From a virus (lineage: Duplodnaviria; Caudoviricetes): a DNA stretch of 64,000 nt. The position numbers and the translations under genes are program-made. The first letter of the stretch is position 1. Every line of letters starts with the position of its first letter. The stretch spans positions 901 through 64,900 of the IMG/VR virus record IMGVR_UViG_3300027759_000087; one strand, 5' to 3'. Shown here one piece after another: positions 1-7,736 of the stretch. The notes under the pieces were generated by a model that made no database searches, was not told the DNA's origin, and saw only the letters and a program-made list of their open reading frames with translations.

Positions 1-1
1 C

Positions 2-229
2 TGCGGCATCGTCGGTTCCGGTATCATCTTCTTCATCCGCTGACTCTTCGTATTCGTTTTCGCCGTCTATGGATTCTTCTTTCTTTTCTTCGTCTTCGCT
101 ATCTAAAAGACTTTCATAAATTTCGCGGCTTTTTGCAACTACGATATTATGGAAAATCTCTTTTGCTGTTTCTTGATCTTCATTGATCAACGCCTCTAGC
201 ATGGCTTCAAATTGGGTACGATCAGTCAT
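2..229 (-). CDS. 5' part of an acidic prohead core/scaffold-like protein (runs off the window edge)
   Basis: Not in the ORF track. ATG at 229-227 with GGAG SD; reads MTDRTQFEAMLEALINEDQETAKEIFHNIVVAKSREIYESLL followed by an E/D-rich tract. It lies downstream of the portal gene, like T4 gp67/gp68-type core genes. Confidence 0.65.
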   Translation of the reverse strand, partial: MTDRTQFEAMLEALINEDQETAKEIFHNIVVAKSREIYESLLDSEDEEKKEESIDGENEYEESADEEDDTGTDDAA

Positions 230-339
230 TGTTTATCTCCTGTGATTGATGGTTACAAGGCTGTATTATATTTACACTTTACTTTAAAAAGTGGTATAAT
301 ATAGCCGCAAAACGACTCGTTTTTAAAAATGCGTGTTAT

Positions 340-579
340 TTATGCCGGCGGCGCCGCTGGGGCCGCGTACATACTATGTATAAAACCTAATTCTCTTTCT
401 TGATCTAGTATATGAGCTTCACTGCTCTTTCTTAATTCGTTAATTTGGCGAAGTGTTAATCGTGTCTTACGAGTATCTTTGCGATGCATTGTGGTAGAGT
501 CGCGGTCAGGCGAATAACGTAAGTCATTTGCTGTCCGTCTTGTATCAGGATCAATATAAAACAATTCGCGAAGTATCAT
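340..579 (-). CDS. hypothetical head-operon protein (79 aa)
   Basis: ORF packed between the portal and core genes, preceded by a CATAAATA late-promoter motif. Confidence 0.75.
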   Translation of the reverse strand: MILRELFYIDPDTRRTANDLRYSPDRDSTTMHRKDTRKTRLTLRQINELRKSSEAHILDQERELGFIHSMYAAPAAPPA

Positions 580-587
580 ACGTGTAT

Positions 588-2312
588 TTATGCAGTTGGT
601 ACTGTTGCAGGGGCCCCGCCAACTGGAGGTGGTGCGGCGCCTTCTGTGCCTGGAGGTAAGTCACCTTCAATGTCTTCCGGAGCACTCATATCGCCTGCGG
701 CTCCGAGGTCGCCTTCGATACCTGCGGCACTTAGACCTGCTGAACGTAATTCTCCGGCGGCATCAGTATAAGTAGGCTCACCTTTTCCGTTCTCTTCAGC
801 CCACATGCGTTCGTTTTCTGCTACTTCTTCGTCATTTAGACCTAAGAAACGCTTAAGAGCAAAGCGTTTTGACATAAACGGAACTGCTTGAATGGTGTTA
901 AATGTGTTAATACGTTCTGCGTCAAGCGCACTTTGACGTGTTGATGCAAAGTTTAAAGGCGGATTAAACTTTAATTCAAACAAGTTTGCATCAAGATTTA
1001 AACCTTTACTGTACATAAACATCTTAAACTCTTCATCAAACATATGTGATACTAGAGCTTGCAAGCGTTCGCAGTACTTGTTAAAACGTAATTCTTGAAT
1101 GTATGCTGTACCAACACGGCCGTCATTATAACTTGCTTGACTATCGTCTGCGCCTGTTGGCAGATAGCTCGATGGTATACGTAAACCGCGGAATAATTTG
1201 TTAGTAAAGTACTTTAAGTCATCAATCTCACCTAGGTTAGTACCGCCTGGTAGTGTTTCAACTTTTGATCCACGACCTTCAGCAGTTTGCGGAAAGAAGT
1301 AGTCTTCGTTGATGCTTAAAGGATTGTAAGCGGAGTCTATGACATTTTGTCCACCACCCGTTTGACTTGGTATGCGGCGTTGGTGAATTTCATTTTTGAC
1401 ACGCTCAACGAATGCCATAGCCATGTGACTTGGCATATTGCCCACGTCAATATGAAATACTCTACGCTCTGGAGCACGTTGTATACGATAAATTAGAATC
1501 GCATCTTCTAGTAGTTCTTTTTGCTTGTAAACTTTAAAGATATTTTCTAATAAACTGTTACCGAATGGGTAGTTGTTGTCTAATCCTTCACTTAAACTTA
1601 AATGAATAACATGTTCTGCATTAATAGCATATTCAGTTTCTGTTGTTCCAAACCTACTACTGCTAGAAGGAATGCTTGATCCCTTTTGAGCACCACCTGC
1701 ACCAAACGGACTTGCGCCACCAATGCCACCACCTTGCCTAGTATTGATGTTAGGAGTTATTTGTGTAGCAACTAAATCCATAAAGTTGGGTGCTAGATCT
1801 TTAACAACATATTGTTCAGGCTTCTTGCCTTCACTTTCGTTAACAATAACCTTAACTAATTTACTTGGATCTACATAAGTCCACTTTTGATTTTCAGGGT
1901 CGCGAATAAAAAATGCATCACCGTACTTGAACGTGTTACGCATAATACGGAAAATACGTGTGTCAAACTTTTGCAGTTTGCACCATTGTTGCATGTATTC
2001 GCCTAGAATTTTAATTTCTGAGTTAGTGGCTTTGTGGCGCCACTGTACTGTAAATGGAGTTTTGCCGTCTTTTAGTTTTTGTGTACAAAATTCAGCAAGA
2101 ATATCTAGTGCCGCGTTAACTTCTGGATCAGCATCCATAGTTTCATATTGCTGATAACGTTCAATTCTATTAGGACTGCCAGAATATACATCGGGGAGAT
2201 AGCTACTATAGTTAGATTTAGCTGGACCTGCTTTAGCTAAAGAGTTTGAACTAGAAAGAGGACTTAAAGAAGTGCCAGTTGGTACTGGTGTAAAGAATTT
2301 TTTCCAGCTCAT
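588..2312 (-). CDS. gp20: portal vertex protein (T4 gp20-like)
   Basis: Motifs LLEDAILIYRIQRAPERRVFHIDVGNMP, EDYFFP-EGRGSKVETLPGG, LFRGLRIPSSYL and ELRFNKYCERLQ are typical of T4-type portals. Confidence 0.95.
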   Translation of the reverse strand: MSWKKFFTPVPTGTSLSPLSSSNSLAKAGPAKSNYSSYLPDVYSGSPNRIERYQQYETMDADPEVNAALDILAEFCTQKLKDGKTPFTVQWRHKATNSEIKILGEYMQQWCKLQKFDTRIFRIMRNTFKYGDAFFIRDPENQKWTYVDPSKLVKVIVNESEGKKPEQYVVKDLAPNFMDLVATQITPNINTRQGGGIGGASPFGAGGAQKGSSIPSSSSRFGTTETEYAINAEHVIHLSLSEGLDNNYPFGNSLLENIFKVYKQKELLEDAILIYRIQRAPERRVFHIDVGNMPSHMAMAFVERVKNEIHQRRIPSQTGGGQNVIDSAYNPLSINEDYFFPQTAEGRGSKVETLPGGTNLGEIDDLKYFTNKLFRGLRIPSSYLPTGADDSQASYNDGRVGTAYIQELRFNKYCERLQALVSHMFDEEFKMFMYSKGLNLDANLFELKFNPPLNFASTRQSALDAERINTFNTIQAVPFMSKRFALKRFLGLNDEEVAENERMWAEENGKGEPTYTDAAGELRSAGLSAAGIEGDLGAAGDMSAPEDIEGDLPPGTEGAAPPPVGGAPATVPTA

Positions 2313-2315
2313 TGT

Positions 2316-4685
2316 TTATCCTATAGTAAATCTATTATCAGCGGCTGATGCTAATTGATTATTTCCGCTCTGTGCAATTTGGTTTCCTTCTTGCAATAGT
2401 CCACCCATTCCTGCCACGCTAGTATTTAACTTTTCTAGTAGCCCTGCAAGCATATCTTGATTCGGTAAACCTGTTGGAACAGCCGCTTCTTGTGTTGCCG
2501 GCGCTGGGCCTGTTTCTGTCTGGGCGGCCTTAGTACCTAATTCCGATGAAAGACCAGCAGTCATACCTTTAAGGCCGCCAAATAAACCGTCTGTGCTTGG
2601 CATTGACATGTTAGACAGCGGTTTAAACATATCTGTCATTCCGGAAGTAAGTGGTTTAAACATGTCCGGGCCAAACTTACCAGCAACTCCTTCTAGAGTT
2701 TTACTAACATCGGGCATCTTAATATCACCCATCATCTTAGTAATATCTGGCATTTTACTAAAATCAGGCATCTTAATATCACCCATCATCTTAGTAATAT
2801 CTGGCATTTTACTAAAATCAGGCATCTTAATATCGCCAGTTTTGTTAATTCCAGTTTCACCAGGCATTCCGTCAATTAATTTACCAACAACTGTATCTAG
2901 TTGATTTTGCATTCCGCCTGCGGCATCTTTTGGAGCTGTTGATTCTTTCTTTTTGCTAGAAGCACCGGACATTTTTGATTGTAGTGCTTCACCAATAGCA
3001 GTCCATTGCTTTTTATTAGAAACTACTTCTTCCCCGTCTAATTGCACCATCTCCCCATTAGGATCAAATTTTTCTAGGGCTTCCATCCAACCTTTAGGTA
3101 CACCTTGTGTTTCTTGTTTTACATTTCCAAGTAAATCATCTAAACCTGGACTACCTCCTAAACGTACACGAGGCGTTGGTTTTTCTACCGGTGTTCTAAC
3201 TTCTGTTGGAGTTGCTTCTTGTCCTGTTTTTGCGGCTTTGGCGCCTGGCATCATTAATACTGCTTTACTAAAGTTGTCTACTGCACCTGAAAATTTCTCA
3301 TAGCCTGCGGCCTGCAGTTTGTTAAAATTATTTCTAGCGGCAATATCAGCAGCCACAATATTTTGAAATGCTTCAGTTCCTGGTGCTTTTGCTCCGTCTG
3401 GTGTTCGACCTGAAGCATTTGCAGCCATTTGGCTTGCTTGAAAGTCTCTAACTGTTTGTACTGAGCCTGCTGTAGTAGGGCCTCGTTGTCCTAATTGCTG
3501 TGCGCCTGTTGATTGCAACTGTAAACGTGACAGTTCTTGTCCTGCAATTCTACGCATTGATTGGCCAACCGCATCATCAGTGTATTTTTGAGACTGTGCT
3601 TGCGCGGCAAATCCGCCTGGACCTTGCTGACGCATGTAAGCATCCATATTATTTTTAGCCAGTTGAAGTCGTTGTTCTCCTTCTTTTCTCTGTTCTTCTG
3701 TTTTAGCGTTTCTTAATGCTAATGCGGCTTCACCTAATGCAGTACCTGCAGGCCCAATAGCACTTAAATTATTGCCGGCTTTTTCAGTCACTACACCCAT
3801 GGCAAATATTTCGTCAATAGAACCTTGAAGTTCACTTCCTAAATCCCCGGTGACATTTTTTAATGCTCTATACGAGTCATTCAGTTCTTTGCCGCCGGAC
3901 AACAATGCCAAATTCACATCCAAGTCTTCTGATCGAACTGCATTTTCTCTCATCAGCTGGTCTGTAGTTTTATTGGTAACGGCAGCATTGTTTAACATTG
4001 CCATTGAAAATTCACCAACACTCTTAATAGCTTCTTTTCTTGATTTCTCATCTTGCAATCCAAGATTTTGACTTCTTATAAGAGCATTAGTAGCTATCTC
4101 ATTGATCTGTTCAGGAACCATTCCCATACTTTCAAACATCTTGCCAGGTTTAGACTCTCTAAAATCTTTCTGGAATGCTAAAAGCTCTTTGGCTGCATCT
4201 ACGTTATTAGATGCTAAACCAGTCATTGATCCCTGTACTTTTGCTAACTGCGTCTGGAAGTGTTGGACATTTCCTCCGCTTTCAGCTAGTTTCTTACCCC
4301 AGTCGGCAGTTTGACCTGCAGATAACATACCAGACCCAATCATCGCCTTTTGCATGTCTACGGTGCCCATGAAACTATTTTTCATGGCATCAAAACCAGA
4401 CTGGACTCCTAGTACATTACCAGTCATCTTGCCTAATCCTGCGCTAACCCCTTCTAGTACTGATCCAACTGCACTACCACCTTTTCCGGCACGTTCAAAT
4501 CCTTTCACTACACTGTCAACAGCCCCGTTAACATCTTTGGCATTTGCTCCGGTTATGCTGGCGCCGCCACTACCCCCCGGACTGCTGCCGCCAGGAGTGT
4601 TCCGTAGAGCGGAGGCAAATGTACTTGCTTGACCAGTAAGCAAATCTTTCATTTGATCGTAGGTAATTGGGTTGGCACCTGACAT
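2316..4685 (-). CDS. tape-measure-like tail protein (789 aa)
   Basis: Long Ala/Gly/Gln/Met-rich helical-looking sequence with internal repeats, adjacent to the gp26/gp51-like chaperone pair. Confidence 0.6.
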   Translation of the reverse strand: MSGANPITYDQMKDLLTGQASTFASALRNTPGGSSPGGSGGASITGANAKDVNGAVDSVVKGFERAGKGGSAVGSVLEGVSAGLGKMTGNVLGVQSGFDAMKNSFMGTVDMQKAMIGSGMLSAGQTADWGKKLAESGGNVQHFQTQLAKVQGSMTGLASNNVDAAKELLAFQKDFRESKPGKMFESMGMVPEQINEIATNALIRSQNLGLQDEKSRKEAIKSVGEFSMAMLNNAAVTNKTTDQLMRENAVRSEDLDVNLALLSGGKELNDSYRALKNVTGDLGSELQGSIDEIFAMGVVTEKAGNNLSAIGPAGTALGEAALALRNAKTEEQRKEGEQRLQLAKNNMDAYMRQQGPGGFAAQAQSQKYTDDAVGQSMRRIAGQELSRLQLQSTGAQQLGQRGPTTAGSVQTVRDFQASQMAANASGRTPDGAKAPGTEAFQNIVAADIAARNNFNKLQAAGYEKFSGAVDNFSKAVLMMPGAKAAKTGQEATPTEVRTPVEKPTPRVRLGGSPGLDDLLGNVKQETQGVPKGWMEALEKFDPNGEMVQLDGEEVVSNKKQWTAIGEALQSKMSGASSKKKESTAPKDAAGGMQNQLDTVVGKLIDGMPGETGINKTGDIKMPDFSKMPDITKMMGDIKMPDFSKMPDITKMMGDIKMPDVSKTLEGVAGKFGPDMFKPLTSGMTDMFKPLSNMSMPSTDGLFGGLKGMTAGLSSELGTKAAQTETGPAPATQEAAVPTGLPNQDMLAGLLEKLNTSVAGMGGLLQEGNQIAQSGNNQLASAADNRFTIG
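2713..2834. repeat. perfect 54-bp tandem repeat (~2.3 copies) encoding KMPDFSKMPDITKMMGDI-type units
   Basis: Unit GGCATCTTAATATCACCCATCATCTTAGTAATATCTGGCATTTTACTAAAATCA starts at 2713 and 2767, with a partial copy at 2821. Confidence 0.95.
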
Positions 4686-4710
4686 AAATTAAATCCTGAA
4701 AAAGTACGTA

Positions 4711-4737
4711 TATAAATAAGCGTATGTTATATTTATC
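4711..4737. promoter_or_regulatory. pair of opposed T4-type late promoters: TATAAATA (+, 4711-4718) and GATAAATA (-, 4730-4737)
   Basis: Exact T4 late consensus on the + strand and a one-mismatch copy on the - strand, in the 63-bp gap between divergent structural genes. Confidence 0.75.
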
Positions 4738-4748
4738 CGGAGTTTAAA

Positions 4749-5576
4749 ATGGCCCAAAATCCACTACAGCAATTCTTTCGTCAACCAAAAATTTATATTA
4801 AGTTTCCTTCTGAGGGTGCTTATACTAAACCAGGTGTACTACAAGGTAATACATCAAATGCACCCGTGTACGGCATGACTGGCATGGACGAAATTTTAAT
4901 TAAAACACCCGATGCGTTAATCAGTGGTGAAAGCACAGTTAAGGTTATAGAAAGCTGTTGCCCTATTGTTAAAAACGCATGGGAAATAAACAATCTTGAT
5001 GTTGAAGTATTGCTAACTGCAATTCGTATTGCAACCTACGGTGATGTTATTACAATTACACATGTATGCAATCATTGTAAAGAAGAAAGCGATTACGAAT
5101 TAGGACTATCTAAACTAATTGAACATTTTGGTGATATCAAATACGACAATCAAGTTGTATTAAAAGATGTAGTAGTTAGATTGCAACCGTTAACGTATCG
5201 TCAAGTTACAGACTACGGGCTTAAGAATTTTCAATTACAACAAAAGTTAAAACAAATTGCGACGGTTGAAGACGATGAAGATCGACAAAAACAAATATCA
5301 GCAATATATGTTGAATTTGCTCTATTGCAAAATGAAATTTATAGTGCTAGTATTGAAGCAGTTGAAGCAAATGGACAAGTAGTTAGCGAAAAAGCATTTA
5401 TTAACGAATGGTTAGTTAATACAGATAAAGTTTCTATCGACAAAGTCCGTGCTAAAGTCGATGAAAACAGAGATCGGTGGAAAAATCCACCGCAGACGGT
5501 TACTTGTCCTGAATGTAGTGGAGAAAACACAATATCTATTGAATTGGACCATTCAGATTTTTTCGCCAACGCCTAA
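4749..5576 (+). CDS. gp26: baseplate hub assembly / tail chaperone protein (T4 gp26-like)
   Basis: N-terminal NPL..FFRQPKIYI.FPS, MTGMDEIL, DVEVLLTAIRIATYG, two CxxC pairs (CNHC, CPEC) and a C-terminal DFF. Confidence 0.75.
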   Translation: MAQNPLQQFFRQPKIYIKFPSEGAYTKPGVLQGNTSNAPVYGMTGMDEILIKTPDALISGESTVKVIESCCPIVKNAWEINNLDVEVLLTAIRIATYGDVITITHVCNHCKEESDYELGLSKLIEHFGDIKYDNQVVLKDVVVRLQPLTYRQVTDYGLKNFQLQQKLKQIATVEDDEDRQKQISAIYVEFALLQNEIYSASIEAVEANGQVVSEKAFINEWLVNTDKVSIDKVRAKVDENRDRWKNPPQTVTCPECSGENTISIELDHSDFFANA

Positions 5577-5797
5577 TTAGGTTATCGGTTGAAGATACGA
5601 TAGAGTACTTGATTAGGCTTGACAAGCAGGTTAAACAATTCAAAGAAGAGCTGTTTAGAGTAAGTTGGTATATGAGGGGTGGTGTATCTGCTGTCGATCT
5701 CATGTACTTGTGGAGTTACGAAGATCGACAGTTGATGTATGCAACTATTGAAAGCAATATAGAGCTTGCTAAATCAACTGGCAAGCCGTTTATCTAA
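5558..5797 (+). CDS. gp51-like small chaperone segment, probably expressed as a -1 frameshift extension of the upstream gene
   Basis: The track ORF 5609-5797 has only a TTG start with no clear SD. The same frame is open back to the slippery heptamer TTTTTTC at 5558-5564. Motif WYMRGGVS...WSYEDR. Confidence 0.65.
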   Translation, partial: FFRQRLIRLSVEDTIEYLIRLDKQVKQFKEELFRVSWYMRGGVSAVDLMYLWSYEDRQLMYATIESNIELAKSTGKPFI

Positions 5798-6787
5798 TTA
5801 CTTTGCCTTCTGTCTTTCTTTTTCCATATCCGCTAGCGTTCTTCCTGCTTGCGGTACGTTAGCAAATCGTGGATCAATTTTAAATTCAGCACGACCAGTA
5901 GGAGAAGTTACAATCTCAGGTCTTGCTGATATTGGTAGTTGTTTGTTAGCAGGCCCTTGACCAGCTGTTGGATTTGTTCCTTGGCTAGTTGAATCTTTAG
6001 CAGTTTGTCCTTGTGTGTCCGCGGCGGAGTCAGCATCTGCTTTTGCTGAATTATCTGGAGTTGCTGGGCTGTTATCTTTGATGCCAAATATTTTCTTAAA
6101 CTTATCTACAACTGCAATACCTGCATCACCTAATGTTTGGTCAATCATACAAGCGCCAATGATTTCTGCAACAGTATTTTTACCAGATTCTGTATTTAAA
6201 TAGGCCATTAATCCAACGGTAGCGGCGCTGTCTAAGTTGCTTAATAGTTTACCTAGGTTAGCAACTGGTGCATATGGTACTAGTCGCATACCTACAGTTA
6301 GTTGTGTCCAACCTGTGGCTAACTTTAGTGTACCAAATAAAACTGTTGAGGCTGCAATCTGCCCAACGAGTGTTGCCATACGCTGTTGACGGTACTGCTG
6401 ATATTTCTCTGGGGTCCACTCGCCTTTTTCAACCATTGCAACAGCATCTTCCATGTCGTCCCAATAGTCATAGGCCATCTTACCTAGTCCTAAACCTTTT
6501 AACACTAATAGCAATCGACCAGTGGCCTTATTAAAGGTAGCAAATCCGTCCTTAGTTACTTTTCCACCTACATCTGCAATCTTTCCTTTAGGAATTTTAC
6601 CACCTTTACTTGCTGTAGCTACGGCATCATCTGCACGACCACTAGCACGTTGAGCTAATTTTAAAATACCTTTACCAACAGGTTCTAGTACTTTACCACC
6701 CGTTCTTCCAATTATATTCATAGCAGCCGGGATAATTCCCCCAAACTCTTTTAATTCACGTTCTGTTAGTAGGTCGTTAATTCTCAT
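5798..6787 (-). CDS. putative head-packaged/ejected protein with hydrophobic segments (329 aa)
   Basis: N-terminus MRINDLLTE resembles T4-type capsid-targeting/prohead-protease leaders; GAGG SD; late promoter GATAAATA at 6807-6814. Confidence 0.5.
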   Translation of the reverse strand: MRINDLLTERELKEFGGIIPAAMNIIGRTGGKVLEPVGKGILKLAQRASGRADDAVATASKGGKIPKGKIADVGGKVTKDGFATFNKATGRLLLVLKGLGLGKMAYDYWDDMEDAVAMVEKGEWTPEKYQQYRQQRMATLVGQIAASTVLFGTLKLATGWTQLTVGMRLVPYAPVANLGKLLSNLDSAATVGLMAYLNTESGKNTVAEIIGACMIDQTLGDAGIAVVDKFKKIFGIKDNSPATPDNSAKADADSAADTQGQTAKDSTSQGTNPTAGQGPANKQLPISARPEIVTSPTGRAEFKIDPRFANVPQAGRTLADMEKERQKAK

Positions 6788-6806
6788 TTGTATTTCCTCA
6801 GTAAGA

Positions 6807-6814
6807 TATTTATC
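6807..6814 (-). promoter_or_regulatory. late promoter GATAAATA
   Basis: About 20 nt upstream of the ATG at 6787. Confidence 0.7.
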
Positions 6815-6824
6815 TACTACTTTA

Positions 6825-7287
6825 AGAAGAACTTGCGTTCTTCTGTTCTTCGCTAACGCTCGAACTTACTGTCTTTCTTTTAATTATATTATTAAACGCG
6901 AAGCGTTAAGATATTATCTAGATTGTTCAGTCACACTTAGCCCTTGCGGGCTAAAATTGAACATTATCTGAGTTGAGCAGTTCACTTAGTGTTTGCACTA
7001 CAAGCATATTGCTAGCTTAGGCGGTCATCCGGTACCTAATCGTGCTGTCTTATATGACGGCGGGCCTCTACACATACACTAACACATGCAGAGCCGTGGG
7101 CTGTTAACCCTCTTTTAGCCTTGGAAATACACACTTACAAATCAAACCGGTTATAATTTAGGCATATCCGATCAACGTCCTGTAAAGGATAGTGATTTGC
7201 TACTCTACGCCAATTAGAGTTCCTTGCCGCCACACATCAGAGCGGATTTAGGGCACTATACTATCGCCGGTGCGGGCTTATTTGGCG
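6825..7287 (-). ncRNA. putative large structured non-coding RNA (~460 nt), family not recognised
   Basis: The largest ORF-free gap in the window. At least 10 stems, two with GCAA tetraloops; many G-U pairs that work only on the - strand; a 6-bp pseudoknot (7282-7287 with loop 7208-7213). Confidence 0.7.
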
Positions 7288-7731
7288 TTATTTTGCCTGG
7301 TTTTCTTGGAGTCGTTTAATATGCGAACCGTGTACACGTACTTGAATATGACCGTTATAATATTCATTTGATTCTAATACTCTACGTGAAAATTGTTCGC
7401 GAGCCTCTATGTAACTACATTCTGCCTTGGATTTGCAGTAAAACAGTATTTCTCTTGTGAAGTTTTCTTTGCCTAGTGCGTCTATGTCTGTTTGAAGATT
7501 AGGACTGCTACCATAGTATTCCTGCCAGTCGCTGTCAATTTTACTTCTAATCTTCTTTTTTTTCTTAGTGCCGTTTTTAAGTTTTACAGTTTTATATGAG
7601 GTTTTAGAGAATTTAGCAAGTTTTTTGCCTATGTACATGCGCCCGTTAGTTATATTGGTGATGATATACACGAATCCTATACAGTCTTCGGGTAAAATTT
7701 CTACGGTTTGGGATTGATATAACCACGTCAT
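7288..7731 (-). CDS. small stand-alone GIY-YIG nuclease-family protein (147 aa)
   Basis: GFVYIITN..NGRMYIGKK, YYGSS, GKENFTREIL, conserved E (YIEAREQ) and YYN motifs, plus a Lys-rich insertion KTVKLKNGTKKKKKIRSK. Confidence 0.85.
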   Translation of the reverse strand: MTWLYQSQTVEILPEDCIGFVYIITNITNGRMYIGKKLAKFSKTSYKTVKLKNGTKKKKKIRSKIDSDWQEYYGSSPNLQTDIDALGKENFTREILFYCKSKAECSYIEAREQFSRRVLESNEYYNGHIQVRVHGSHIKRLQENQAK

Positions 7732-7736
7732 GCAAG

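Noticed and set aside
2713-2834. CRISPR array
   Set aside because: The repeats are directly adjacent with no spacers, are a multiple of 3 and lie inside a coding frame. No cas genes are in the window.
6825-7287. tRNA cluster, tmRNA or RNase P RNA
   Set aside because: No cloverleaf with a T-loop and CCA end, no tmRNA termini, and no GAGGAAAGUCC-type RNase P motif on either strand.
6825-7731. Group I intron with a GIY-YIG homing endonuclease
   Set aside because: The flanking genes look intact with their own starts and stops, no split host gene is apparent, and I could not find the conserved P7/J8-7 core sequences. A degenerate derivative cannot be excluded without Infernal.
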